From Candidatus Magasanikbacteria bacterium RIFOXYD1_FULL_40_23 (GTDB lineage Bacteria; Patescibacteriota; Patescibacteriia; Magasanikbacterales; GWA2-37-8), in contig MFRA01000008.1 in the NCBI GenBank assembly GCA_001783215.1, positions 33,312-97,311 on the forward strand: a DNA stretch of 64,000 nucleotides, read 5' to 3'. Below are positions 1-9,584 of this stretch, piece by piece. The translations under genes and the position numbers were made by a program. Positions within the stretch are counted from its first letter, which is position 1. Each line of letters begins with the position of its first letter. Below the pieces are notes generated by a model that was not told the origin of the DNA, searched no databases, and saw nothing but the letters and a program-made list of their open reading frames with translations.

Positions 1-36
1 TAATTTATTTTTTGGTTATTTTTAATTTAAAAATAT

Positions 37-462
37 ATGGATACCTCTATTTATAAAAAAGTTATATTAGCGGTTAGTTTTTCTGGGTTTTTATTTTCCG
101 GGTATTTAAGCGCGGTAAAATTTTTCACTTCGGCCTGCGCCTTGAGTGAGCCCTGTCCTTATTTTTTAGGCTACCCAGCCTGCTGGTATGGTTTTGTAAT
201 GTTTTCTGTTTTATTTATTTCTGCATTGCTTGGTATTTTAAAGATCTCCAAACTTAAAACTGTAGCGTTGATTCATCTTTTAGTTTCTTCCCTCGGCGTG
301 CTCTTTGCTGGGTATTTCACTGTTCCAGAGATCGGTCGTTTATTATCCGGAGAGGGCCGCTACTTTCTTGGTCTTCCAACCTGTGCTTATGGATTAGTTT
401 TTTATATTATTCTTCTTATTTTGGCTGTCATGTATTTAAAACGTAAGGAAACAGAAGTTTAA
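37..462 (+). CDS. integral membrane protein (about 4 TM) with Cys-containing loop, function unknown
   Basis: ORF track; hydrophobic helices; loop SACALSEPCPYFLGYPAC; no CXXC so VKOR/DsbB assignment not supported. Confidence 0.45.
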   Translation: MDTSIYKKVILAVSFSGFLFSGYLSAVKFFTSACALSEPCPYFLGYPACWYGFVMFSVLFISALLGILKISKLKTVALIHLLVSSLGVLFAGYFTVPEIGRLLSGEGRYFLGLPTCAYGLVFYIILLILAVMYLKRKETEV

Positions 463-473
463 TATTAAAAAAT

Positions 474-668
474 ATGAAATGGTATAAAAAACAATTAGAT
501 CAGCTTAAAGCTTCAAAACCAGAGCTTTTTAATTCTGATAAAGAAGTCGGTGTAAAAAAATCCTCTGGGTATGCCATGGACGAAAGAAAAAAATGGGTTA
601 ATAAAAAGAAATTCCCTGACCCAGTAGCTGCTAGCAAGTTAACTCGCAAGAAGACAGATTTACCTTAA
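474..668 (+). CDS. small basic hypothetical protein
   Basis: 64-aa Lys-rich ORF between two genes; no recognisable motif. Confidence 0.3.
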   Translation: MKWYKKQLDQLKASKPELFNSDKEVGVKKSSGYAMDERKKWVNKKKFPDPVAASKLTRKKTDLP

Positions 669-759
669 AATAGAGTAACCCGCTCTATTTTTTGATTTTA
701 AAATCAACTGGAGTAAACATATTAATTGTGCTAGATTATATCTAGGCAGTGTATTATTT

Positions 760-1317
760 ATGACAATTTTTAGCATATTTCTTATCGCTATTGCCCTGTC
801 TTTGGATGCAGCGGCAGTGGCAGCTGCCAACGGGGCGCACCATCACCGTATGTCGTTTGCCAAAGCATTAAAAATATCCTTTTTCTTTGGTTTTTTTCAG
901 TTTTTTATGCCCTTGGTTGGCTGGGTAATGGGGTCGGGGCTAGAAACAATAATTTCTAAATTTAGTCACTGGGTCGCTTTTTTCTTATTGGGAATTTTGG
1001 GTGTCAAAATGATTTTGGAATCGCTTAAGTCAGTTGATGAAAAAACAATTGATATACATAGTGTTAAAATTCTACTCTTGCTATCGGTAGCTACAAGCAT
1101 AGACGCTCTACTAGTAGTTGGAACAACGCTTGCTTTGATGCCTGTAAATATTTGGCTGGCCTCCGTTATTATCGGTTTAGTAACCTTTGTTTTTTCTTTG
1201 GCTGCCATTTACATTGGTAAAAAATTTGGTGAAAAATGGGGTAAAAAAGCCGAGTTTGTGGGAGGGTTAATACTTATAACGATTGGCCTTAAGATTTTAG
1301 TAGAAAGTTATCTTTAA
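760..1317 (+). CDS. mntP: putative manganese efflux pump MntP (DUF204)
   Basis: Two-repeat membrane protein with ALSLDAAAVA and ATSIDALLV motifs typical of MntP family. Confidence 0.75.
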   Translation: MTIFSIFLIAIALSLDAAAVAAANGAHHHRMSFAKALKISFFFGFFQFFMPLVGWVMGSGLETIISKFSHWVAFFLLGILGVKMILESLKSVDEKTIDIHSVKILLLLSVATSIDALLVVGTTLALMPVNIWLASVIIGLVTFVFSLAAIYIGKKFGEKWGKKAEFVGGLILITIGLKILVESYL

Positions 1318-1326
1318 TAAATAACT

Positions 1327-2460
1327 ATGTTAAAAAAATTTTTATTATTCACTACCGTAATGGCGTTGTTTCCAGCCTTTGTTTTTGCTCAAACAGACAA
1401 AAATTTACAGCGACCAACTGACGACCGTGTTTTTAAAGCTAAAGTAATAAAAATAACAGAGGAAAAAGTTGTGTCTAGAGAAGATGGATCGGCAGCGGTG
1501 CAGCAAAATGTTCTTTTGCTTGGTCTGGAAAAAGAATGGAAAAATAAAGAAATTGCCCACTTGGGAATTTCTGAAATTGACGTGCTTAGTGCTAATACTT
1601 ATAAAGTGGGTGACAAAGTTTTGGTTAGTGAAGTAAAAAGCATTGAAGGTGCAGTTGATTATTATATAGTTGACTTTGTGCGTAGTGGCTATTTATTTTG
1701 GCTAGCGTTTATTTTTGCCGTAGTTATTATAGTAATTGGAAAAAAGAAGGGTGTTAAAGCCCTGGTAAGTTTAATAGTAAGCTTTTTTATTATTATTAAA
1801 TTTATTATTCCTAAAATTATAAGTGGCGGCAATCCATTGGTAGTAGGAGTGTTTGGGTCTTTAATAATCTTGGGCATTATTATATATCTAACAGAAGGAT
1901 GGAAAAGAAAATCTCATATTGCTTTGGTAAGTGTGTTTTTCTCCCTGATTATAACTTTTGTATTATCTTGGATTTTTACTAGTTTAACCAGATTAACCGG
2001 TTTGGCACAGGAAGAAGCCGTATTTCTGCTAGGAGTAAATGGCGGTTCAATTGATTTTAGAGGCTTGTTATTAACCGGTATCCTGGTAGGAACAGTGGGT
2101 GTTTTAGATGATGTGGTAGTTGGCCAGATAGAATCTGTACGGCAAATTAGAAAAGCTAATCCAGAACTTACCAATAAGCAAATTTACAAATCAGCGTACG
2201 AGGTAGGGAATACTCATTTAGGAGCGATAATAAATACATTGTTTTTGACATATGTAGGTGCAAGTTTGCCGCTTTTATTGCTTTTTTATTTAAACCCAAC
2301 TGGGCTTGTTACTTTTAGTCAAATTATTAATAACGAAGCCATTGCTACAGAAATAGTGCGTACTATTGTTGGTAGTATAGGAATAGCTTTATCCATTCCA
2401 ATTTCAACATACTTAGCTACAGTTTGGCTAAAGGGCGGAGCTGTCGAGTGTGTTGAATAA
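1327..2460 (+). CDS. YibE/F-like membrane protein
   Basis: Signal peptide, soluble N-domain, then about 8 TM helices; architecture and size match YibE/F family; not verified by search. Confidence 0.5.
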   Translation: MLKKFLLFTTVMALFPAFVFAQTDKNLQRPTDDRVFKAKVIKITEEKVVSREDGSAAVQQNVLLLGLEKEWKNKEIAHLGISEIDVLSANTYKVGDKVLVSEVKSIEGAVDYYIVDFVRSGYLFWLAFIFAVVIIVIGKKKGVKALVSLIVSFFIIIKFIIPKIISGGNPLVVGVFGSLIILGIIIYLTEGWKRKSHIALVSVFFSLIITFVLSWIFTSLTRLTGLAQEEAVFLLGVNGGSIDFRGLLLTGILVGTVGVLDDVVVGQIESVRQIRKANPELTNKQIYKSAYEVGNTHLGAIINTLFLTYVGASLPLLLLFYLNPTGLVTFSQIINNEAIATEIVRTIVGSIGIALSIPISTYLATVWLKGGAVECVE

Positions 2461-2529
2461 AAGGCGTGGTAATTATGACAAAAGGTTGTATAATACATAT
2501 TAGATAGTTTAATTCATTAATTTAATTTT

Positions 2530-3579
2530 ATGCCATTGGAATTTTTAAAACATCTAAATTTTAAACCATTAAATATATTTAAAGCTGTGGTGTTGGGGAT
2601 TTTCGGGGTGTCTGCTTTGGTATTTGTATTTAGCATGATTAATTCTTCTGTGCGCCCACTTCTAAAAGGTGGTATAGGAGAAGTGTCCTCGCCTATGTCT
2701 TATCCTGCTTACGATAGTGCGGCTGGATTTGCTAGTGAAGGAGCTATGTTTTCCAAAGGCGGTGTAGCTACCAGCCTCTCTTTGAGAAACATGTCGCCAA
2801 TTGTTCCACCAATGCAGCAGGGCACAGTTGGTAATAATGCCGAAGATTTTGAAGTTACAGACTATAGCGCTTTTATAGAGACAAGAGACAAAAAAGAAAC
2901 TTGTTCTCAAATCGCTGATTTAAAATCTCTTAAACATGTAATTTTTGAAGTTTCTAGCGAGTCAGACAGAAGTTGTAATTTTACCTTTAAAGTGGAACAT
3001 GCTCGCGCGGCCGAAATTTTGGCCATAATTAAAAGTTTAAAACCAAAAGATCTTACCGAGAATACCCAAACAATAAAACGTCAATTAGATGACTTTACAA
3101 ACCAAACAGATATTTTGAAAAAGAAGCTAGTTTCTATAGAAGAAACTTTGCAGAATGCTTTAAGTGCTTATGATCAGATTACGGCTTTGGCTGTTAAAAC
3201 CCAAGACGCATCTAGTCTAGCAAAAATTATAGATAGTAAAGTTCAGTTAATAGAACGCCTTACTCAGGAGAGAATAAATATAAATCAGCAGCTAGATTAT
3301 TTGGCAAGAGCCAAAGCCGATCAGATGGATAAGCTAGATTATACATTTTTTAATGTAAATGTTTATGAAAATAAATATGTAGATGTTAAAAATATAAAAG
3401 ATTCTTGGAAGGCGGCAATTAAGGATTTCTTCTATAATGTTAATCAGGCTGTGCAGGATGCTTCCATAAATCTTTTGGCAGTTCTGTTTATTGCAATTCC
3501 ATATATTATTTATTGCTTATTACTTCTAGTTGGCGCCAAATATGGCTGGAGATTGGTAAAATATATTTGGAAGAAATAA
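2530..3579 (+). CDS. hypothetical membrane-anchored coiled-coil protein (DUF4349-like architecture)
   Basis: N-terminal and C-terminal TM helices flanking a long coiled-coil region. Confidence 0.45.
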   Translation: MPLEFLKHLNFKPLNIFKAVVLGIFGVSALVFVFSMINSSVRPLLKGGIGEVSSPMSYPAYDSAAGFASEGAMFSKGGVATSLSLRNMSPIVPPMQQGTVGNNAEDFEVTDYSAFIETRDKKETCSQIADLKSLKHVIFEVSSESDRSCNFTFKVEHARAAEILAIIKSLKPKDLTENTQTIKRQLDDFTNQTDILKKKLVSIEETLQNALSAYDQITALAVKTQDASSLAKIIDSKVQLIERLTQERININQQLDYLARAKADQMDKLDYTFFNVNVYENKYVDVKNIKDSWKAAIKDFFYNVNQAVQDASINLLAVLFIAIPYIIYCLLLLVGAKYGWRLVKYIWKK

Positions 3580-3590
3580 AAAATAAATTA

Positions 3591-3618
3591 GCGCCCATCC
3601 TAAACCTAGGGTGGGCGC
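3591..3618. terminator. bidirectional hairpin terminator between convergent genes
   Basis: gcgcccatcctaaacctagggtgggcgc perfect stem, flanked by A/T runs. Confidence 0.5.
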
Positions 3619-3631
3619 TTTAGCTTTAGGT

Positions 3632-3988
3632 CTATTTTGTGTTTCTTTCCAGTGGAACAAAATATGCAGAAATAGTTTGTCCTTTATGTACCAGCGCTTC
3701 ATCAATGGCCATATCTTTAATCAGTTCACCATCCACATAAAACAGCCAGTATAAGTTGGCGTCTTCCGACACATCATCAATAGATACGGCATAGATTTTT
3801 TCAGTGCCGTTTAGATTACGTTTTACTGTAACAACATTATGTTCTTGGATAAGAGTATCCAGAACCGTAGAGTTTCTATTTGCTACCGCTGTAGCAATAT
3901 GTTCTGGCTCTCCAATAACACAATTTGGCAATATGCCGGCAACAACCATAGTAAATAGAACAGTTTTCATCCATTCTCTTCTGCGCAT
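3632..3988 (-). CDS. small secreted hypothetical protein
   Basis: Signal peptide MKTVLFTMVVAGIL; SD-like GAGGA upstream; slightly higher GC than neighbours. Confidence 0.5.
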   Translation of the reverse strand: MRRREWMKTVLFTMVVAGILPNCVIGEPEHIATAVANRNSTVLDTLIQEHNVVTVKRNLNGTEKIYAVSIDDVSEDANLYWLFYVDGELIKDMAIDEALVHKGQTISAYFVPLERNTK

Positions 3989-4057
3989 TTGGAGTTTCCT
4001 CGTTGATGGGTTGGTCTAAAAACACAAACACCCGCTTGCAGGCGAGTGTCGATCGAT

Positions 4058-4100
4058 AAGCACTTTAGAAATGACTAAAATAATCATGTCTAAAGTGCTT
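4058..4100. repeat. 12-bp perfect inverted repeat (aagcactttaga / tctaaagtgctt) with 19-nt spacer, candidate operator or hairpin
   Basis: Read directly; lies in 300-nt ORF-free region upstream of 3632..3988 (-). Confidence 0.4.
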
Positions 4101-4454
4101 AGAGATAACGATATGCTCCTGCTCGGGAGTATGTAACCTAAAATTTATATGATTCCATAATGAAGACCAGGCTTGTTCCCAAATTTGGGACTTTACTGTT
4201 GCGGCACAGCGAGGGGATTGAACCCTACTTCGACAGTACGGAATATTTTGAAAGGACTAAGTATAAGTTTACCGGGGAGTAAAAATAATAGCAAGAGGAT
4301 TTTTTAACAAAAAACCACTCCAATTGTGTTGGGGTGGTTTTTACTTCATTGGGTACCATTATTTATGATATTCATTGAAATGGGCCAACTGCGTACGGGC
4401 AGTTGGCGGGCTTACGCGTCGCTCTTCTCCGTACAGAAGAGTTGGTGTGGGGCG

Positions 4455-5231
4455 CTAGAGCACGTGGCTCGTGCTCGCGTGCTTGGGGCTCGTGACCTCG
4501 GGCGGCGGGGTGGCGACCGTGGACTCGGCGGCCTCGGTCTGCTGCTCGGTCGGTCGGGTCGTTGGGCGCTGGGACTCGGTCGGGTTGTCGTAGCCGCGGC
4601 CGTCGACGTTACGGAGCAGGTCGTCGAGACCGTGGCCGCCGCCGAGATCGAACTCCATCGTGATGTCGCCGCCGAAGATCTGGCCGAGGAAGTTGCCGAT
4701 GCCGGACTCGGATCCCCGGAGGATCTGCATGTCGATCGGCAGTCGGGTCGCCCGGATCTGCTTGAGCGCCCAGATCGCGTCCATCGGCTTGACCTTGCCG
4801 CTCATCACCAGATCACAGGCGATCTCGATGCCGAACGAGAAGGAGTCGATCGGGTTGAGGAGGCTCTCGAACGGGTCCAGGCCGCGGAACTTGAAGTGGC
4901 CGTGGTTCCCGTTCTTGCACATCACGAAGTTCTCCGTGCTGCGCTGGTAGTCGCGCGGGAGGCGGAACTTGTCCACCTGCCTGGCGACGTCGGCGATGCC
5001 GCTCACGAGGCGCGCGTACTCCGTCTGCTTCTGGATCTTGGCCGCGGTCTCGAACGAGATCTCGCCGGTTGCGGACAGGGTGCCCAGGCACAGGCGGGCG
5101 TCGTCCTGGGTCAGGACGGCGATCTGCTCCTCCATGCCAGCCACGATGATGAGGCCGGAGGGCAGGCGCAGCATGCTGGTGAGGCCGTTGTCGTCGCGGA
5201 GGAAGGTGCCGTTACGCATGATCTTCTTCAT
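4455..5231 (-). CDS. hypothetical protein on a very GC-rich, compositionally foreign insert
   Basis: Coherent 258-aa ORF on - strand; the + strand ORFs across 4326..5324 are antisense artefacts typical of GC-rich DNA; canonical SD GGGAGA 7 nt before ATG; Pro/Thr/Glu-rich C-terminal tail; only weak local resemblance (STENFVMCKNG) to proteasome-beta-type segment, not assigned. Confidence 0.6.
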   Translation of the reverse strand: MKKIMRNGTFLRDDNGLTSMLRLPSGLIIVAGMEEQIAVLTQDDARLCLGTLSATGEISFETAAKIQKQTEYARLVSGIADVARQVDKFRLPRDYQRSTENFVMCKNGNHGHFKFRGLDPFESLLNPIDSFSFGIEIACDLVMSGKVKPMDAIWALKQIRATRLPIDMQILRGSESGIGNFLGQIFGGDITMEFDLGGGHGLDDLLRNVDGRGYDNPTESQRPTTRPTEQQTEAAESTVATPPPEVTSPKHASTSHVL

Positions 5232-5442
5232 CAGATTGTCTCCCGAGTCAGCATCCGTTCTTGCGAACGTCCCCTAGTATGCTGCTCAAATTTGTTGTTA
5301 TGTCGGGGAAGAAGCACTTTTTAAATAAAGTAGCTTTTTTCCATACACAACTTGTATATTTGTCTATAAAAAATAAAAACGTCTTTGCGACGTGTCATTA
5401 TAGTATAAATTTTTTGTTTTGTCAAGAAGTGGGTGTTGGTTT

Positions 5443-5937
5443 TTATTTTATTTTAATTATTTTGTATACAGTTTCGTTGTTAGGGATTTGTATTGAATCG
5501 CCAATTTTATGCCCCAATAAAGCCGCCCCAAGAGGGGACATATGAGAAATAATACCTTTTTGTGGGTCTGTTTCAGAGGACCCAAGAATCAAATATGATT
5601 TTTCAGTTTTTCCATTGCCGATAGTTACAGTGTGTCCAATTCCAACAGTATCCATTTGTTTTTGTGGGTCAATAATTACAGCATGTTTAAGCTGGTTCTC
5701 TATGGTTAAGATACCTTGATTTATACCACGGAGCTTTCCTTTGGCCAGTTGGTATTCTACATTTTCGGAAAAGTCGCCTAGCTCTGCTAGTCTCTTTACT
5801 TCTTCGGCAGCTCTAGGTCGGCTATAATTTTTTAGCCTGTCCAGTTTCTGCTCCAATTCCTTTGCTTTCTCAGCTGTAAGCATTGGATCGGATTTCATCT
5901 GGCTATATTTTCCTGGTTTTCTATAAGGTACTTGCAT
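5443..5937 (-). CDS. greA: transcription elongation factor GreA
   Basis: Coiled-coil N-domain plus FKBP-like C-domain; conserved GreA-like segments; true start probably internal Met near 5898 or 5883. Confidence 0.8.
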   Translation of the reverse strand: MQVPYRKPGKYSQMKSDPMLTAEKAKELEQKLDRLKNYSRPRAAEEVKRLAELGDFSENVEYQLAKGKLRGINQGILTIENQLKHAVIIDPQKQMDTVGIGHTVTIGNGKTEKSYLILGSSETDPQKGIISHMSPLGAALLGHKIGDSIQIPNNETVYKIIKIK

Positions 5938-6054
5938 ACAAGTAGGATAGTATCATTTTTTTCGATTTTGGCAAAGTTTGGCTCGACCCCTTGTTTTTTA
6001 TGGTAAAATATGGTAAGCTTATGCTTTGTAGGTTTAATAACTTAATATAAATAT

Positions 6055-6615
6055 ATGGGAAGCTTTAACCGAGACAATAGGTCTGGTGGAGACAGAGGCG
6101 GAAATAGATTTGGAAAAAGAGATTTTGGTGGCAAGAGTTTTGGTGGAGACCGCAAATTCGGTGGTGGTGGCAGCAGATTTGGCGGTAATAGCGGGCAATT
6201 TGGAAAACCAGAAATGCATGATGCTACTTGCAGCCAATGCGGCAAGCCATGCCAAGTGCCTTTTAGACCAAGTGGTGGCAGAGAAATTTTCTGCAGCAAT
6301 TGTTTTAAAGACAAAAAGCACGACGGTCCAATGAGACCAGCCGGCGGTAACTTTGATAGACCAAGATTTGATAGCCGACCTAGTTTTGATAAAAAACCAG
6401 CGTTTGGTGGCGGAAGCAACAATAACGAACAGTTTAAACAACAGTTTGAAGCGTTGAATTCCAAATTAGATAAGATTTTAAAGGCTTTGTCTCCAGCAGT
6501 AGTTGCTAAAGTAGAGAGTGAAGAAATGCCAGTTCAGGAATCAAAAAAATCTAAAGATGTTTCTTCTAAAGTAAAAACATCTTCTAAAAAAGCAGCTGCA
6601 AAAAAGAAAAAGTAA
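6055..6615 (+). CDS. Gly/Arg-rich protein with C4 zinc ribbon (CSQCGKPC...CSNC) and Lys-rich tail
   Basis: RGG/FGG repeats flanking CxxC-x17-CxxC; the antisense ORFs 6034..6464 and 6086..6334 are artefacts. Confidence 0.55.
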   Translation: MGSFNRDNRSGGDRGGNRFGKRDFGGKSFGGDRKFGGGGSRFGGNSGQFGKPEMHDATCSQCGKPCQVPFRPSGGREIFCSNCFKDKKHDGPMRPAGGNFDRPRFDSRPSFDKKPAFGGGSNNNEQFKQQFEALNSKLDKILKALSPAVVAKVESEEMPVQESKKSKDVSSKVKTSSKKAAAKKKK

Positions 6616-6634
6616 TCTCCTATAAAACAAAAAT

Positions 6635-6656
6635 GACCCACAAAGGGTCTTTTTTG
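6635..6656 (+). terminator. rho-independent terminator
   Basis: gacccacaaagggtc hairpin followed by T-run. Confidence 0.6.
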
Positions 6657-6711
6657 TTTGTTGTAGTATTGGTTCTTTGGTATTATATAAGTAGGAATAA
6701 GATAAATTAGT

Positions 6712-7641
6712 ATGTTAGATAATCTATTTATTTTTGTAGTTTCTATCCTTTTGGTTATAAAAGGAGCTACGTTTGCAACCAAGTATGCCGCCCAATTGGC
6801 AGAGAGCTTTAGGTTGTCCAAATATACAATAGGTTTTATTGTGGTGGCTATTATTTCTATTTTACCGGAAACATTTGTAGCGATTAATTCTTCTTTGATT
6901 GGCATGCCTTCGTTTGGGTTGGGTACGCTATTTGGGTCAAATGTTGCCGACATGACCCTGGTCTTTACTATTATTATTTTATTTGCCGGTCGTGGTATAA
7001 AAATTAAAAGTGGTATTTTAGAAAAAAATAGAGCCTACCCGTTTTTACTTCTTCTCCCATTGGTTTTGGGTATGGACGGTTATTTTTCCAGAGTAGAGGG
7101 TTTGGCCTTGATTATTTTTGGAGCAGCTTTTTACTATACTGCTTTTAGAACTGGAGTAGAAGAATCCGCGGTTTCGCAAAATAAAAACAATCGCTACAAA
7201 AGTTTGTTTATGTTAATTCTGGGTATGGCTATACTGCTGGTTGGTTCTCATTTTACAGTAACATCGGCCGCTGCTTTTGCAAATATATTAAAAATTAATC
7301 CAATTTTGGTAGGTATGTTGGTGGTTGGTTTGGGCACTACGATGCCAGAATTATTTTTTGCCCTAAAATCTGTAAGAGGGCATGATGATGATTTGGCAGT
7401 GGGGGATATACTAGGTACGGTTCTAGCAGACTCTACAGTGGTGGTTGGAATTTTGGCTCTTATAAATCCTTTTTCTTTTCCGCAGAAAATTATATATATA
7501 ACCGGATTTTTTATGGTGATGGCATCCGTTATATTATTTATTTTTATGCGTTCTGGGCGCACGCTTTCCAAGCGAGAGAGCTATGGACTTCTGATTTTTT
7601 GGTTAATCTTTGTGACTGTAGAGTTTTTGGCCAATAAATAA
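6712..7641 (+). CDS. Ca2+:cation antiporter (CaCA family, YrbG-like)
   Basis: Two alpha-repeats with SILPETF and GTTMPELF signature motifs. Confidence 0.75.
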   Translation: MLDNLFIFVVSILLVIKGATFATKYAAQLAESFRLSKYTIGFIVVAIISILPETFVAINSSLIGMPSFGLGTLFGSNVADMTLVFTIIILFAGRGIKIKSGILEKNRAYPFLLLLPLVLGMDGYFSRVEGLALIIFGAAFYYTAFRTGVEESAVSQNKNNRYKSLFMLILGMAILLVGSHFTVTSAAAFANILKINPILVGMLVVGLGTTMPELFFALKSVRGHDDDLAVGDILGTVLADSTVVVGILALINPFSFPQKIIYITGFFMVMASVILFIFMRSGRTLSKRESYGLLIFWLIFVTVEFLANK

Positions 7642-7648
7642 ACACTGC

Positions 7649-9415
7649 TTAAGGCAAGAAGTATAGAGGCACACCCAAGTTTTTAATATCGTTTAGTCTA
7701 AAATCTAAAACTTTACGTCCGACAAAAACAGCTACGACACCATGATCAATTTGTGAAAGTTGTTGAACGTTGTCTTGTAACATTCCTTTACGGGCAATAA
7801 AGTTTAGAGTAAGTTCTGGCAGCTGCTCATCTTTTAGGTTGGTGTTTATATTTCTAATTGTATTTTCCGCATCTTCTTTTATTTGTTTCAATAATTCTGG
7901 GGAGTAGCGGTCTTCTAAGCATAGTAAAATTGTCATTTGTTCGATGTTGTGTTTGCTGGCCCAGTTCGCAGCCAAATCAAGTCGAGGTAAAAATGAGTGT
8001 CCGCGAGTGGCCAGAATAACACACGGTATGCTCCCCAGCTCTATTTTTTTATCATCAGAAATAGGTTCGGCAACTCGTAATTTTTTGGCTACCCAAGGAG
8101 TAAGAATAGGTTCTATGATAAGTGTAAGCAGGATAACCCACATACCAATTGGCACTAGGCCTCTTATATCTCCAATCCCTAAACTGGCAATAGTTACCAT
8201 AAGTACTGCCGGAATGGCACCGGTTTCACGCACAAAAGAGATAAAAAATATTTCTTTCCAAGCAAATTTTTCTTTGCCAAAAAAAGAAAACGGTCCAAGC
8301 GCGAGTATTACAGTAAGAGGGCGGATTAAAAACATGAAAATAAAAGCAGCGGCAATACCAATGCCGGCATAATGGATCAATTCCTGAGTGTCTACCAGTG
8401 CGCCTAGCAAGATAAATATTGTTGGTTTAAAGAAACCATCAATTACATGGTTAAAGAAGCGTTCGGTTTCGTGCAAATGTTTAGTCAGGTTTAGGAGTAA
8501 GCCCGCAATAAAAGCCGATAAATATCCGCTTCCACCCAGCGAAATGGCAATAGTAAATATTATAACCGGGATAAATAAAAAGAAGGCAGAGTCAGCTTCA
8601 AATTCTTTTTCGTGTCCTTTTTTGAAGCGCTGTAGGATTTCTAGACAAACATATCCGATTATACCAAGTAGGACACCGAAAGAAATTTGTCTTAGTAAAA
8701 TTAGTCCGCTTTGAGGAGTAAAGACCATTTTGTACCAATCACCAACGTTATTTGTGGCAACGCCGGTAGCGATAATTCCAAGGAAAGCGATAGTCAAAAG
8801 AGTGCCGGTGACATCTGTAACTGCGCTTTCGGAGATAATAATATCTTTGGTGGAACGGTTATTGAAACGTAATCTTTTTAGTACTGGTATAATGGCTGCC
8901 GGATCCGTGGATGCAAGTATGGCGCCGAGTAGCACAGCTACCATCGTAGGTATGGATAAGCCGAACAGTTTATTTAAAATACCTATGGTTGTAGAAAAAA
9001 GAAAAGCTGTGAGTAGTAATCCGGGAAAAGAAAGGGAAAATATTTTGAGAAATAATTTTTTGAAATTAGTAAATGGAGTTTCTAGTCCGCCGCTAAATAA
9101 AATAAGTGTGGCGCCAAAACCTACTAATGCGCCCAGCACCTCGTGATTTTCTGTGATAGGATACAAAAGTTCGTGACCAGCGATACCAAAAAATATAGCA
9201 ATAACAAACGATGGCAAAGAAGTTACGTGAGATATATAAAAAACTATAAAACTAAGAGCGAATATAGAGCCAACCAGAAAGAATATCATGATTAATCTGT
9301 GTTCGGCGTTTGATTCAAAGAAGTGGTAGAGTTGCGGAGCTAGGTTGGAAATGGTTATTACCGTGGCCAAGCCAAGCAGAGTGCCAAATATTGGCCTAGT
9401 TTTTTTCAGAAACAT
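7649..9415 (-). CDS. cation:proton antiporter (Na+/H+ exchanger type) with C-terminal USP-like domain
   Basis: About 12 TM helices typical of CPA1/NhaP, then soluble C-terminal alpha/beta domain. Confidence 0.7.
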   Translation of the reverse strand: MFLKKTRPIFGTLLGLATVITISNLAPQLYHFFESNAEHRLIMIFFLVGSIFALSFIVFYISHVTSLPSFVIAIFFGIAGHELLYPITENHEVLGALVGFGATLILFSGGLETPFTNFKKLFLKIFSLSFPGLLLTAFLFSTTIGILNKLFGLSIPTMVAVLLGAILASTDPAAIIPVLKRLRFNNRSTKDIIISESAVTDVTGTLLTIAFLGIIATGVATNNVGDWYKMVFTPQSGLILLRQISFGVLLGIIGYVCLEILQRFKKGHEKEFEADSAFFLFIPVIIFTIAISLGGSGYLSAFIAGLLLNLTKHLHETERFFNHVIDGFFKPTIFILLGALVDTQELIHYAGIGIAAAFIFMFLIRPLTVILALGPFSFFGKEKFAWKEIFFISFVRETGAIPAVLMVTIASLGIGDIRGLVPIGMWVILLTLIIEPILTPWVAKKLRVAEPISDDKKIELGSIPCVILATRGHSFLPRLDLAANWASKHNIEQMTILLCLEDRYSPELLKQIKEDAENTIRNINTNLKDEQLPELTLNFIARKGMLQDNVQQLSQIDHGVVAVFVGRKVLDFRLNDIKNLGVPLYFLP

Positions 9416-9584
9416 AAGTTAATTGTTAAATTAAGCGTATGTAATTATACTGCTGTAGTTTATAAACTTCAAGTGTTTTTACAATTTAACAAAAAAGCCA
9501 CCCGTCACCAAACCTTCATATTTGAAAATCTGGTGACGTTAGGGCGGCTTTTCGATCCTCCTTAACGTATAGTTGTGGCCTTGT

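Noticed and set aside
37-462. VKOR/DsbB-type disulfide oxidoreductase call for the first membrane protein
   Set aside because: It has loop cysteines but no CXXC active-site pair, so it is left as an unknown membrane protein.
4225-4260. T-loop-like gggttcaatcccc on the minus strand suggesting a tRNA
   Set aside because: No matching acceptor stem and no D or anticodon arms could be folded. Probably a fragment or chance occurrence.
4455-5231. Assignment of the GC-rich insert protein to the proteasome/HslV Ntn-hydrolase family
   Set aside because: Only one short local match (STENFVMCKNG vs TMENFIMHKNG), it sits at the wrong position, and there is no N-terminal Thr context. Insufficient for a call.
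4326-5324. Multiple long + strand ORFs (4326..5324, 4660..4950, 4969..5277) and extra - strand ORF 4813..5091 across the GC-rich insert
   Set aside because: All-frames-open artefact of about 68% GC DNA. The translations are Arg/Ala/Gly-rich low-complexity. Only the 4455..5231 (-) ORF has an RBS and a coherent sequence.
6034-6464. ORFs 6034..6441 (-), 6042..6464 (-) and 6086..6334 (+) overlapping the Gly/Arg-rich gene
   Set aside because: They are antisense or alternative-frame readings of a repetitive GGN/CGN-rich sequence. The + strand zinc-ribbon protein is the coherent one.
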